A DNA stretch of 64,000 bases from an uncultured Woeseiaceae bacterium (GTDB lineage: Bacteria; Pseudomonadota; Gammaproteobacteria; Steroidobacterales; Woeseiaceae): assembly GCA_964428605.1 (NCBI GenBank), contig CAYRZI010000003.1, positions 173 to 64,172 on the forward strand, given 5' to 3'. Below the pieces are notes generated by a model. That model made no database searches and was not told where the DNA came from. It saw nothing but the letters and a program-made list of their open reading frames with translations. Shown one piece after another: positions 53,316 through 64,000 of this stretch (positions within the stretch are counted from its first letter, which is position 1; every line of letters begins with the position of its first letter). Position numbers and translations under genes: made by a program.

Positions 53316-53819
53316 ATGCTGAGAATCTCGAAACTCACTGACTACGGCACCGTGGTGCTCGCACAGCTCGCGGACGCCGAAGAGCGACTGCAGAGCGCCA
53401 GCGAGATCGCGGCCGCGACCGGGCTGGGCGGGCCTACGGTCAGCAAGCTGCTGAAGCAACTCGCCCGCGCTGGCCTCGTGGCCTCGGAGCGCGGCGCCAA
53501 CGGCGGCTACCGGCTGGCGAAGGCGCCCGTCGACATCAGCGCCGCGGCGATCATCGACGCCCTCGAGGGCCCGCTGGCCATCACCGAGTGCAGCGGCCGG
53601 GAGTCCAGCTGCGAGCTGGAGGACGTCTGCAGCGTCGGCAGCTCCTGGCAGCAGATAAACCTCCGGATCCGGCGTGCGCTGGCGGACATCAGCCTCACCG
53701 AGCTGCAGAAGCCGCGCCCCGCCATCCCCGCATTCACGCTCGTGCCAATGTCGGCGGCCCCCGCCACCACCGCGGTGACCGCAGACATCGGCCGGGAAGA
53801 CAACACCGACCCACACTGA
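53316..53819 (+). CDS. Rrf2-family SUF system regulator
   Basis: [20 protein letters not shown], three Cys (EC..C...C). Confidence 0.92.
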   Translation: MLRISKLTDYGTVVLAQLADAEERLQSASEIAAATGLGGPTVSKLLKQLARAGLVASERGANGGYRLAKAPVDISAAAIIDALEGPLAITECSGRESSCELEDVCSVGSSWQQINLRIRRALADISLTELQKPRPAIPAFTLVPMSAAPATTAVTADIGREDNTDPH

Positions 53820-53826
53820 GCGAACC

Positions 53827-55275
53827 ATGGCTACCAAGAGCACCGACGTAGAGACACTGGTCAAGAGCAAATACCGCCACGGCTTCTACACGGACATCGA
53901 GGCGGACACGGTCCCGCCCGGTCTGTCCGAGGAGGTCATCGCGATGATCTCGGCGAAGAAGGACGAGCCGGAGTGGATGCTCGAATGGCGCCTGCAGGCC
54001 TACCGGCACTGGCTGAAGATGCGCGAGCCGGACTGGGCCCACGTGCAGCATCCGCCCATCGACTTTCAGGCTATCTCCTACTTCTCGGCGCCGAAGTCCG
54101 ACGCCGATCGTCCGAAGAGCCTGGACGAGGTGGACCCGAAGCTGCTCGAGACCTACGACAAGCTGGGCATCCCGTTGCACGAACGGGCGCGGCTGGCCGG
54201 CGTGGCCGTGGACGCCGTCTTCGACAGCGTCTCGGTCACCACGACGTTCAAGGAGAAGCTCTCGGAGGCGGGCGTCATCTTCTGCTCATTCTCCGAGGCC
54301 ATCCAGGAGCATCCGGAGCTGGTGCGCCGATATCTCGGCAGCGTAGTGCCCCGGCGCGACAACTTCTTCGCGGCGCTGAACTCCGCCGTGTTCACCGATG
54401 GCAGCTTCGTCTACGTGCCGAAGGGCGTGCGCTGCCCCATGGAGCTGTCCACTTATTTCCGCATCAATGCGGCCAATACCGGGCAGTTCGAGCGCACGCT
54501 GATCGTCGCCGAGGAAGGCAGCCACGTGAGCTACCTCGAGGGCTGCACGGCGCCCATGCGCGACGAGAACCAGCTGCATGCGGCGGTCGTCGAACTCGTC
54601 GCCATGAAGGACGCCGAGATCAAGTACTCCACGGTACAGAACTGGTATCCCGGCGACGAGGACGGCAAAGGCGGCATCTACAACTTCGTCACCAAGCGGG
54701 GCGATTGTCGCGGCGACGATTCCAAGATCTCCTGGACCCAGGTGGAGACCGGCTCGGCGATCACGTGGAAATACCCGAGCTGCATCCTGCGCGGCGACCG
54801 CTCGGTGGGCGAGTTCTACTCAGTGGCGGTCACCAACAACCTGCAGCAGGCCGACACCGGCACGAAGATGATCCACATCGGCAAGGAGACCACGAGCACG
54901 ATCGTCTCCAAGGGCATCTCCGCCGGCCGCGCCCAGCAGGCCTACCGGGGCCTCGTGCGCGTGATGCCGGGCGCACACAAGGCGCGCAATTACACCCAGT
55001 GCGACTCGCTGCTGATCGGCAAGCAGTGCGGCGCGCACACCTTCCCCTACGTCGAGGTCAAGAACCCGTCGGCGCAGGTGGAGCACGAGGCGACCACGTC
55101 GAAGATCGGCGAGGACCAGCTGTTCTACTGCCGCCAGCGGGGTATCTCCGAGGAGGATGCCGTGAATCTCATCGTGAACGGCTTCTGCAAGGAAGTCTTC
55201 AAGGAACTGCCCATGGAATTCGCCGTCGAGGCCCAGGCGCTGCTCAACGTCAGCCTCGAAGGCGCCGTGGGCTGA
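53827..55275 (+). CDS. sufB: Fe-S cluster assembly protein SufB
   Basis: [34 protein letters not shown]. Confidence 0.97.
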   Translation: MATKSTDVETLVKSKYRHGFYTDIEADTVPPGLSEEVIAMISAKKDEPEWMLEWRLQAYRHWLKMREPDWAHVQHPPIDFQAISYFSAPKSDADRPKSLDEVDPKLLETYDKLGIPLHERARLAGVAVDAVFDSVSVTTTFKEKLSEAGVIFCSFSEAIQEHPELVRRYLGSVVPRRDNFFAALNSAVFTDGSFVYVPKGVRCPMELSTYFRINAANTGQFERTLIVAEEGSHVSYLEGCTAPMRDENQLHAAVVELVAMKDAEIKYSTVQNWYPGDEDGKGGIYNFVTKRGDCRGDDSKISWTQVETGSAITWKYPSCILRGDRSVGEFYSVAVTNNLQQADTGTKMIHIGKETTSTIVSKGISAGRAQQAYRGLVRVMPGAHKARNYTQCDSLLIGKQCGAHTFPYVEVKNPSAQVEHEATTSKIGEDQLFYCRQRGISEEDAVNLIVNGFCKEVFKELPMEFAVEAQALLNVSLEGAVG

Positions 55276-55287
55276 AGAGGACAATAG

Positions 55288-56045
<758 letters not shown>

Positions 56046-56049
<4 letters not shown>

Positions 56050-57359
56050 AGGCACCCTCCCTCGACGAGAAACGGTTGCGGCAGGCGGTCGAGGCCCGGC
56101 CGGGGCCTGACTGGCTGGCCCGGTTTCGCGAAACGAATCTGCAGCGCTTTCTGGAGACGGGGTTTCCCCACGTCCGCCAGGAAGACTGGAAATACACCAG
56201 CCTGGCGCCGCTCGCCGATCTCAGCGACGACTGGCTGGCCGGCACTGCCGAGGCGCCGGGCGAGACGGCGGAGCGCCGGGCTGCCACGCTGGCGCGGCAG
56301 GTGCTCGGCGAGTTCGACGCTCACTCCGTCGTGTTCGTCGACGGCCGCCTGGACGCCGACTCCCTGCCGGACGCACTTCCGGACGGAGTCTCGCTGGCTC
56401 CGCTGCTGAAGACGGGTCTGCCGCCGAGCAGCGCCGCCGGCGCATCCGCCGATGCGATGACGGCGCTGAACGGCGCCCTGCTGACCGACGGCCTGCGCCT
56501 AACGCTGGCCGACACCGCGGTACTGGACAAGCCGCTCTACCTCGTCTTCGTGGTCACCGGCGAAGCCACGGCCGTGGCTTCGCCCCGCATCGTGATCGAG
56601 GCCGGCGCCCACGCGCGGGCGACCGTCGTGGAGCATTACGCGGGCGAGGCGGAGGCCCGCCGGTTCACCAACGTCGTGACGGATATCGTCCAGGACGAGG
56701 CCTCCCGCATCGCGCATTACCGGCTGCAGCAGCAGCCGTCGCTGAGCTTCCAGGTGAGCCGGCTGCACGCGGCGCTGGCGGCTCGTGCGCGCCTGGACTG
56801 CCATAGTCTCGACCTCGGCGGCCGGCTGGTGCGCCACGACACCATGGTACGGCTCACGGACCGGGAGGCGGCCGTCGCCCTGAACGGCATCTATGTCACC
56901 GGCGGCGACCAGCACGTGGACAACCACACGCGCATCGACCACGAGGCCCCGGACACGCTCAGCAACGAGGACTACCGCGGCGTACTGCGCGACCGCAGCC
57001 GGGCCGTGTTCAATGGCAAGGTGATGGTCCACAAGGGCGCCGACGGCACCGATGCGGCGCAGTCGAACCGCAACCTGCTGCTGTCGGACAAGGCGGAGGT
57101 CGACACCAAGCCGGAGCTCGAGATCTACGCCGACGACGTCAAGTGCAGCCATGGCGCCACGGTGGGCCAGCTGGACGAGACCGCCCTGTTCTACCTGCGC
57201 TCGCGGGGCATCGACACCGAGGGCGCGCGGCACCTGCTGATCTTCGCCTTCCTGCGCGAGCTGCTCGGGCGCGCCGATACGCCGGCGCTGGCGCGGCGCA
57301 TGGAGCGCATGCTGATCGGCGGCCTGCCGGAATTCGACGAACTGGAGTCGCTGCTGTGA
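56046..57359 (+). CDS. sufD: Fe-S assembly protein SufD
   Basis: [32 protein letters not shown]. Confidence 0.95.
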
Positions 57360-58624
57360 GTATCCAGGCCGACCAGAGCAACCAGATTGCCGGCGATCTC
57401 GCCACCGCGGCCGTGGAGGCGCGCCGCGCGGATTTCCCGATCCTGTTCCAGGAGGTGAACGGGCAGCCGCTCACCTACCTGGACAGCGCCGCCTCCTCCC
57501 ATCGTCCCCTGCCCGTGATCGAGGCCGTGGCGCACTACGAGAAGCATGATCACTCCAACGTGCACCGGGGCGTGCACACGCTGAGCCACCGCGCCACCGA
57601 GGCGTTCGAGGGCGCCCGGGAGAAGGTGCGCGGCTTCGTGAATGCGGCGTCCGCGGCGGAGATCGTGTTCACCCGCGGCACCACCGAGGCCATCAACCTG
57701 GTGGCGAACAGCTGGGGCACGCAGAACGTGGGCGAAGGCGACGAGATCCTGATCACCTGGCTGGAGCACCACGCGAACATCGTGCCCTGGCAACTGCTGT
57801 GCGAGCGCACCGGGGCGGTGCTGCGCGTGGCGCCCATCGACGATGCCGGCGCGGTGGACATGGAGGCGTTGGAGGGGCTGATCACGGACCGCACGAAGAT
57901 CATCGCCTTCTCCCATACCTCGAATGCGCTCGGCACCATCACGCCGTCCCGTGAGATCATCGCGCTGGCCCGCGAGCGGGGTATCGTGACGCTGTTGGAC
58001 GGCGCCCAGGCCGTGCCCCACGGCCCCGTGGACGTGCGGGAACTCGGCTGCGACTTTTTCGCCTTCTCCGGGCACAAGATGTACGGACCCACCGGTATCG
58101 GCGTGCTGTACGGCCGGGAGGCGCTGCTGGAGCGCATGCCCCCGTGGCAGGGTGGCGGCGACATGATACTCACCGTCTCCTTCGAGGGCAGCACCTGGAA
58201 CGAGCTGCCGTACAAGTTCGAGGCCGGCACGCCAAACATCTCCGGTGCGGTGGGCCTCGGGGCGGCGGTGGACTACCTCGCCGCCATCGGCCCGGCGGAG
58301 GTAGCCCGCTACGAGACCGAGCTGCTGGCCTACCTGAACCAGGAGCTGGCCACGGTGGAAGGCCTGCGCATCATCGGTACGGCGCCGCACAAGGTAGGCG
58401 TGGTCTCGTTCATGCTGGACGACATCCATCCTCACGACCTCGGCACGATCCTCGACCAGCTCGGGGTCGCCATCCGCACGGGGCATCACTGCGCCATGCC
58501 GGTGATGGAGCGCTACGGCCTGCCCGGCACGGCGCGGGCGTCGCTCGGCCTGTACAACAACCGGGAGGACGTGGACCGGCTGGTGACGGCTTTGGGGCGC
58601 GCGAAAGAGATCTTCGGGGGCTGA
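57356..58624 (+). CDS. sufS: Cysteine desulfurase SufS
   Basis: YLDSAAS, SGHKMYGPTG, RTGHHCA. Confidence 0.96.
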   Translation: MSIQADQSNQIAGDLATAAVEARRADFPILFQEVNGQPLTYLDSAASSHRPLPVIEAVAHYEKHDHSNVHRGVHTLSHRATEAFEGAREKVRGFVNAASAAEIVFTRGTTEAINLVANSWGTQNVGEGDEILITWLEHHANIVPWQLLCERTGAVLRVAPIDDAGAVDMEALEGLITDRTKIIAFSHTSNALGTITPSREIIALARERGIVTLLDGAQAVPHGPVDVRELGCDFFAFSGHKMYGPTGIGVLYGREALLERMPPWQGGGDMILTVSFEGSTWNELPYKFEAGTPNISGAVGLGAAVDYLAAIGPAEVARYETELLAYLNQELATVEGLRIIGTAPHKVGVVSFMLDDIHPHDLGTILDQLGVAIRTGHHCAMPVMERYGLPGTARASLGLYNNREDVDRLVTALGRAKEIFGG

Positions 58625-58626
58625 AC

Positions 58627-59085
58627 GTGCAGGAGCGCTCCACGGAGCATCTGCGGGAGCTCTACCGGGAGCTGATCCTGGATCACGCCCGCCAACCGCG
58701 GCACTTCGGCCGGCCCGCGCGCTACACCCACGAGGCGGAGGGCATCAATCCGCTTTGCGGTGACAAGCTGCACCTGTACTTCCGCGTCGAGGAAGGCCGG
58801 GTCCGCGACGCCGGGTTCGAGGGCAGCGGCTGCGCCATCTCGATGGCGTCGGCGTCGCTGCTGACGGAGACGGTCACAGGCCACTCCGAGACCGAGGCGC
58901 TGGAGGCGGCGGCCGGCATGCAGGCGATGCTGCGCGGCGAGTCGACCGGCGCGGGGCTGGGCAAGCTGGAGGCGCTGGCGGGGGTGCGGGATTTCCCGTC
59001 CCGGGTAAAATGCGCGAGCCTGGCCTGGCACGCCCTGCGCGCGGCACTGACGAGACACGAAGGAAAGGTGAGTACTGAGTCATGA
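58627..59085 (+). CDS. sufU: SufU (NifU-like) sulfur-transfer protein
   Basis: NPLCGD, GCAISMASAS, RVKCA. Confidence 0.93.
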   Translation: MQERSTEHLRELYRELILDHARQPRHFGRPARYTHEAEGINPLCGDKLHLYFRVEEGRVRDAGFEGSGCAISMASASLLTETVTGHSETEALEAAAGMQAMLRGESTGAGLGKLEALAGVRDFPSRVKCASLAWHALRAALTRHEGKVSTES

Positions 59086-59636
59086 TGTTCGGTCATAACA
59101 GCGAACCGGTCACACTCACCCGCGACGTGCGGGCGGTGATCATCCCCGTAGGCGAGGAGGTAACGCTGCGCGAAGGCGCGCCCGCCCACATCACCCAGGC
59201 ACTGGGCGGCAGTTTCACCATCTTCCTGGAAGGCAACCTGTTCCGCATCGCCGGCGCGGATGCCGATGCGCTGGGCAAGGAGCCGGTGCCGCCGCCGCAG
59301 ATTCCGGAGGACGCCACGGACGAGGAGCTGGAAGCGGTGATCTGGTCGCAGCTGAAGACCTGCTACGATCCGGAGATCCCCGTCAATATAGCGGACCTCG
59401 GCCTGATTTATCGTTGCGAGATCAGCAGCCTCGGCAATGGCGAGCGCCGCGTCGACATCGACATGACGCTCACGGCACCCGGCTGCGGCATGGGCGACAT
59501 CCTGGTCGAGGACGTGCGCGAGAAGGTGGCGGTCATCCCGACGGTGGCCGAGGTTCGCGTGGAACTCGTCTTCGATCCGCCCTGGAATCAGTCCATGATG
59601 AGCGACGAGGCGCGGCTGCAGACGGGCATGATGTGA
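59082..59636 (+). CDS. sufT: SufT (DUF59) Fe-S assembly protein
   Basis: ITQALGGS, YDPEIPVNI, TLTAPGCGMG, FDPPW. Confidence 0.92.
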   Translation: MMFGHNSEPVTLTRDVRAVIIPVGEEVTLREGAPAHITQALGGSFTIFLEGNLFRIAGADADALGKEPVPPPQIPEDATDEELEAVIWSQLKTCYDPEIPVNIADLGLIYRCEISSLGNGERRVDIDMTLTAPGCGMGDILVEDVREKVAVIPTVAEVRVELVFDPPWNQSMMSDEARLQTGMM

Positions 59637-60184
59637 GCGAGCAGCGTGCCCATCCTGCGCAGCCGCCGGAGGACCGGGAAAAGACGCTGACGCTGCTCAG
59701 GCACGCAAAGTCGAGCTGGAAGGACGACTCCCTCTCCGATTTCGACCGGCCGCTGAACAGCCGGGGCCGTCAGGATGCACCGGACATGGGCCGGCGCCTG
59801 GCGGCCGCCGGTGTGCGGCCGTCGCTGATCGTCAGCAGCCCCGCGAAACGGGCATGGAGCACCGCGAAGGAGGTCGCGCGGGTCATCGGCTACCCCCGCG
59901 AGTTCCTACAGCGCGACGCCGATCTGTACCTGGCCAGCGCCGGCACGCTGGTGCACGTCGCAAGCCGCCAGGACGCGGATTTCAATCACCTGCTCATCTG
60001 CGCGCACAACCCGGGCCTGACCGACCTGGTGAACAGCCTGCTGCCGGGCCTCACCGACAACCTGGTGACCGGCGGTTTCGTCACGGTGGGCGCGGAGGCC
60101 AGGGACTGGCCCGAGTTCTTCACCGCCGAATTCCGGCTGGTGGCCTACGACTACCCGAAGAGAATCCACGACCGCACCGATTAG
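59633..60184 (+). CDS. sixA: SixA-like histidine phosphatase
   Basis: LLRHAKSSW, DFDRPLN.RG, SSPAKRA, HNPG. Confidence 0.85.
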   Translation: MSEQRAHPAQPPEDREKTLTLLRHAKSSWKDDSLSDFDRPLNSRGRQDAPDMGRRLAAAGVRPSLIVSSPAKRAWSTAKEVARVIGYPREFLQRDADLYLASAGTLVHVASRQDADFNHLLICAHNPGLTDLVNSLLPGLTDNLVTGGFVTVGAEARDWPEFFTAEFRLVAYDYPKRIHDRTD

Positions 60185-60193
60185 GCAGGAGGC

Positions 60194-60302
60194 AGGTGCC
60201 GGACCGAACTCTTGCAACTTATCCAACTTTCGCGAGACCACTTACGCTGCGCTAAGAGGACTTAATAAGTTACGAAAGTTGCAAAAGTTCGGTCCGGCAC
60301 CT
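60194..60302. repeat. 109-bp element with 27-bp terminal inverted repeats (MITE/REPIN-like)
   Basis: AGGTGCCGGACCGAACT(C/T)TTGCAACTT at 60194-60220 and inverted at 60276-60302 (26/27 match); AT-rich core. Confidence 0.7.
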
Positions 60303-63300
60303 AATCGGCGGCCAGGGACAGGAGGGTGGCGTTGCCGCCTACGGCCGCGGTGTTGTTGCTCAGGCTGGTTTCGGTTGCGAAGCGCAGCAGGTAGTGCGGC
60401 CCGCCGGCCTTCGGGCCCGTGCCGGAGAGGCCCTGGCCGCCGAACGGCTGGGCGCCGACGACGGCACCGATCATGTTCCGGTTGACGTAGAGATTGCCCA
60501 CCCGCGCCCAGGCGGCCACATCCCGCGCCCGCCGGTCGATGCGGCTGTGCACGCCCATGGTAAGTCCGTAGCCCGTGGCGTTCACGGCCTCCACGGTCTT
60601 GCGCAGGTCCCGCGCCCGATAGCGGTAGACGTGCACCACCGGCCCGAAGACCTCCCGGCCCAGCTGATCGATGCTGTCGATCTCGATAGCGGTCGGCGCC
60701 ACGAAAGTGCCGGCGTCAGTACCCTCGCCGAGCCGCGTGCGATGCACGAGAGACGACTTCGCCCCCAGCGCAGCCACGTGGCGCTCCAGCGTCTTCTGCG
60801 CCTCGGCATCGATCACCGGCCCCACATCCGTACTCAGCAGCCCGGGGTCGCCCACGCTCAGCTCGTCCATGTGCCCGGTAAGGAGTTCGATGACGCGCGG
60901 TGCGATATCGCGCTGGACGCACAGGATGCGCAGGGCCGAACAGCGCTGACCGGCGCTGTTGTAGCCCGAATACACGGCGTCCTTGACCACCTGCTCCGGC
61001 AGCGCCGAGCTGTCGACCAGCATCGCGTTCTGCCCGCCGGTCTCGGCGATGAACGCCGCGATGGGTCCTTCCCGCTCCGCCAAAGTGCGGTTGATCAGCC
61101 GCGCCGTCTCCGTGGAACCGGTGAATGCCACTCCCGCCACCCGCGGGTCGGCCACGGCCCGGGCGCCCACCTCGCCGCCCTCGCCCGGCAGGAAGTTCAG
61201 CACCTCGCCGGGGACTCCGGCGCGGTGCAGGATGTCCACGGCCCGCGCCGCGATCAGCGAGGTCTGCTCCGCGGGTTTGGCAAGCACAGTGTTGCCGGCC
61301 GCCAGCGCCGCCGCCACCTGGCCGGTGAAGATGGCCAGCGGGAAGTTCCACGGGCTGATGCACACGAACACGCCCCTGCCCTGCAGCCTGAGCTCGTTGC
61401 GCTCGCCCGTCGGCCCCGCCATCGGCAGCGGCGCCCCGAACAGCTCCTCGGCGCGGGCGGCATAGTAGCGCAGGAAATCCACCGCCTCGCGCACCTCGCC
61501 AAGGGCATCGCCGATGCTCTTGCCCGCCTCGGCGACGCACAGCGCCATCAGCGCGGGCGCCTCCTCCTCGTAGAGATCGGCGGCACGACGAAGGCTGTCC
61601 GCCCGCGCCTTCGCCTCCGTGGCATTCCAGTCGTACCACGCGTCCGTGGCAACGCCGAGGGCACGGTCCACCGCCCCCCCGTCGGCGTACTCGACGACCC
61701 CCACCGCCTCGCCGGTGCGTGCCGGGTTGCGCGACTCCACCGGCCGCCCCGCCAGGCTTCTGCCGGCCACCCGCGGACGGGCGTGATGGCTGCCCTCGAG
61801 GACTTTCTGCATCCGCGCCAGCCAGTCGCCGGTCAGGGCCCGGTCGGCGAGATTGAGGCCGCGGGAATTGCGCCGCTCCGCGCCGTAGATCTCGGCGGGC
61901 AGCGGGATGCGCGGATGAGGGTACGACTCCAGCGACCGGGCAGTCTCCACCGGGTCCGCTACGATCTCCTCCACCGGCGCCTCCTCGTCGACGATGCGGT
62001 TGACGAAGGAAGTGTTCGCGCCGTTCTCGAGCAGCCGGCGCACCAGGTACGGCAGCAGGTCCTCGTGACTGCCCACCGGCGCGTAAACCCGGCACGGCCG
62101 GTCGTAGCGTTCCGGGTCCACCACCGGGTCATAGAGCTCCTCGCCCATGCCGTGCAGCCGCTGGAACTCGTAGTCCCGCCGCTCGCCGGCCAGATGCAGG
62201 ATGCTGGCCAGCGTATGGGCGTTGTGGGTGGCGAACTGGGCATACAGCCGCTCACCGGCGTCCAGCAGTTCCCGCGCGCAGGCGAGATAGGACACGTCCG
62301 TGTTCACCTTGCGGGTGAACACGGGATAACCGTCCAGGCCCTGCTCCTGCGCCCGCTTGATCTCCGTATCCCAGTAGGCGCCCTTCACCAGCCGCACCGG
62401 GATGCGCCGCCCGGTGCGCGCAGCCAGCGCCGCCAGCCAGCGGATCACCGGCAGCGCGCGTTTCTGGTAGGCCTGCACCGCGAGGCCCAGGCCGTCGTAG
62501 CCGGCCGCCTGGGCGCTCTCGGCAACCGCAGCGAAGACTTCCAGCGAGATCTCCAGCCGGTCGGCCTCCTCGGCATCCACCGTCAGCGGGATGCCCGCCT
62601 CCCGGGCCATGCCGGCCAGCCTGGCGAGGCGCGGCACGAGTTCGTCCAGCACCCGGCCCCGGTGGCTGAACTCGTAGCGCGGATGCAGCGCGGAGAGCTT
62701 CACCGAGATGCCCGGTGCGGCGATGACGTCGTCGCCCGCGGCGCCGCCGATGGCCTCGATGGCGCCTGCGTAGGCGTCGAAGTAGCGCCCGGCGTCCTCC
62801 GCCGTCAGGGCGGCCTCGCCCAGCATGTCGTAGGAATAGCGATAGCGCCGGTTGTCGCCCTTGCCGGCCCGCTCCAGCGCCTCTTCGATGTCCCGACCCA
62901 TCACGAACTGGTAGCCCATGATCTTCATCGCCTGGCGCATGGCCTGGCGTACCACGGGCTCGCCCGCCTTGCCCGTCAGCTTGCCGAGGAACTTCGCCGG
63001 GTTGCGCAGGGTGGCCTCGTCGAGCCGCATCAGCCGGCCGGTCAGCATGAGGCCCCAGGTGGAAGCGTTCACGAACAGCGATTCGCTGCTGCCGAGGTGC
63101 TCCTCCCAGCGTCCGGAAGTGAGCTTGTCCGCGATGAGCCGGTCGGCCGTGTCGGCATCCGGGATGCGCAGCAGCGCCTCGGCGATGCACATCAGCACCA
63201 CGCCCTCCTGGGAGGAGAGATCGTACTTGTGCAGGAACGCGTCCAGCCCGCCGTGCCGCCGTTCGGTCTCGCGCACCCGCGTGACCAGCTCGACCGCCGT

Positions 63301-63474
63301 GTCCCGCACGCGCGCGCGGAACGCCTCGCCGGCGTCGGCCCGCTGCAGGAGGCTGTTCATGACGGCGGATTCGTCGCCAAGATAGCGCTCGTTTATGGCC
63401 CGGTCCAGCGGCGGCGCGGCGGCCGGCTGCTCCGGAAGACGCGGGCCCCGGCCCGCTCGCGTATCCCTGTTCAA
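60301..63474 (-). CDS. putA: Bifunctional proline dehydrogenase / P5C dehydrogenase
   Basis: SYDMLGEAA, RLVKGAYWD, RRLLENGANTSF, AETGGQNA, GQRCSALR; no N-terminal RHH domain. Confidence 0.97.
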   Translation of the reverse strand: MNRDTRAGRGPRLPEQPAAAPPLDRAINERYLGDESAVMNSLLQRADAGEAFRARVRDTAVELVTRVRETERRHGGLDAFLHKYDLSSQEGVVLMCIAEALLRIPDADTADRLIADKLTSGRWEEHLGSSESLFVNASTWGLMLTGRLMRLDEATLRNPAKFLGKLTGKAGEPVVRQAMRQAMKIMGYQFVMGRDIEEALERAGKGDNRRYRYSYDMLGEAALTAEDAGRYFDAYAGAIEAIGGAAGDDVIAAPGISVKLSALHPRYEFSHRGRVLDELVPRLARLAGMAREAGIPLTVDAEEADRLEISLEVFAAVAESAQAAGYDGLGLAVQAYQKRALPVIRWLAALAARTGRRIPVRLVKGAYWDTEIKRAQEQGLDGYPVFTRKVNTDVSYLACARELLDAGERLYAQFATHNAHTLASILHLAGERRDYEFQRLHGMGEELYDPVVDPERYDRPCRVYAPVGSHEDLLPYLVRRLLENGANTSFVNRIVDEEAPVEEIVADPVETARSLESYPHPRIPLPAEIYGAERRNSRGLNLADRALTGDWLARMQKVLEGSHHARPRVAGRSLAGRPVESRNPARTGEAVGVVEYADGGAVDRALGVATDAWYDWNATEAKARADSLRRAADLYEEEAPALMALCVAEAGKSIGDALGEVREAVDFLRYYAARAEELFGAPLPMAGPTGERNELRLQGRGVFVCISPWNFPLAIFTGQVAAALAAGNTVLAKPAEQTSLIAARAVDILHRAGVPGEVLNFLPGEGGEVGARAVADPRVAGVAFTGSTETARLINRTLAEREGPIAAFIAETGGQNAMLVDSSALPEQVVKDAVYSGYNSAGQRCSALRILCVQRDIAPRVIELLTGHMDELSVGDPGLLSTDVGPVIDAEAQKTLERHVAALGAKSSLVHRTRLGEGTDAGTFVAPTAIEIDSIDQLGREVFGPVVHVYRYRARDLRKTVEAVNATGYGLTMGVHSRIDRRARDVAAWARVGNLYVNRNMIGAVVGAQPFGGQGLSGTGPKAGGPHYLLRFATETSLSNNTAAVGGNATLLSLAAD

Positions 63475-63515
63475 GATGATGCCCTTCGCTTGTGTGGGCC
63501 CGAGCCGGTTGCCGG

Positions 63516-63902
63516 TCAGGCCTTGCGATTCAGTCGCCGCAGCTCCCGCCGCGTGTGTTTGTCGGGTCGGCCGTCCGTGCGCGGCATCGCGCGGCGGTCC
63601 TGGCGCAGCGCCTCCATCAGCGCCTCGCGCTCCAGCCTGCTCCCCTCCTCCTCATGGTAGCAGGCCTCCGCCTCGCGGGCGGGACCGCGCCGCGGCGGCA
63701 GCCTGGACACCGTCAGCCGCCAGGTGAGACGGTCCCGGGTGATCTCCAGGCGGTCGCCCGCCTTCACGGCGCGGGCGGGCTTCACGCGCTCGCCGTTGAC
63801 GTGCACGTGACCGCCGGAGACGGCCTTGGCCGCCAGCCCCCGGGTCTTGAAGAAGCGGGTGTGCCAGAGCCATTTGTCGATGCGCAGCGTCTCCTCGCTC
63901 AT
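63516..63902 (-). CDS. hslR: S4-domain heat shock protein Hsp15
   Basis: RIDKWLW..RFFKTR, RRGPA.EA, GRPDKH.RR. Confidence 0.93.
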   Translation of the reverse strand: MSEETLRIDKWLWHTRFFKTRGLAAKAVSGGHVHVNGERVKPARAVKAGDRLEITRDRLTWRLTVSRLPPRRGPAREAEACYHEEEGSRLEREALMEALRQDRRAMPRTDGRPDKHTRRELRRLNRKA

Positions 63903-64000
63903 GCGACTATTCTCGCCTCTCCGGGGCCCGCACTCCAGAGGCCGGGCCGGTCATCACTGATATACTCCGGGCGAGCATGACGAGGAGTATCGACGTGAGA

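Noticed and set aside
60301-63474. PutA lacking its DNA-binding domain as a truncation
   Set aside because: Bifunctional PutA proteins without the RHH domain are a known class.
60394-63660. Very long antisense or alternative-frame ORFs (also 19555-21681, 32182-34254, 10454-13090, 244-1233)
   Set aside because: These are shadows of clear genes on the other strand or frame, expected in high-GC DNA, and they carry no motifs.
63977-64000. Start of a + strand gene at the window end
   Set aside because: TATACT and ATG/GTG are present, but the fragment is too short to identify.

Overview
This window is GC-rich, core-chromosome DNA from a Gammaproteobacterium. Gene order and orphan types suggest a Woeseiales/Steroidobacterales/Xanthomonadales-like lineage; that assignment is inference. 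It holds about 58 CDS, tRNA-Ser(GGA) and the SRP RNA. Recognisable blocks are lipid-modification genes, several peptidases (S9, M28, Prc, BepA, a gluzincin), a Ycf46-like AAA ATPase beside a coiled-coil/FHA protein, and an adaptor plus two RND pumps. Further along come ppsR/ppsA, orn/rsgA, dnaX-ybaB-recR-hinT, dapA/gcvR/bcp, mlaFEDCB, Rrf2-sufBCDSUT-sixA, putA and hslR. I found no integrase, transposase, prophage, CRISPR or known defence system. The most notable signals are non-coding or small: (1) four CRP-family boxes, three at class II promoter spacing, in front of three orphan genes and an EAL-HDOD gene; (2) an RtT/TLR-like repeat after tRNA-Ser that carries an antisense copy of the tRNA T-arm; (3) a five-gene cassette between tRNA-Ser and ffs that includes a secreted 11-residue-repeat protein; (4) a 109-bp inverted-repeat element overlapping the putA stop codon; (5) GTAG-type REP copies; (6) several probable leaderless genes. 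All calls come from reading motifs by eye, with no database searches.
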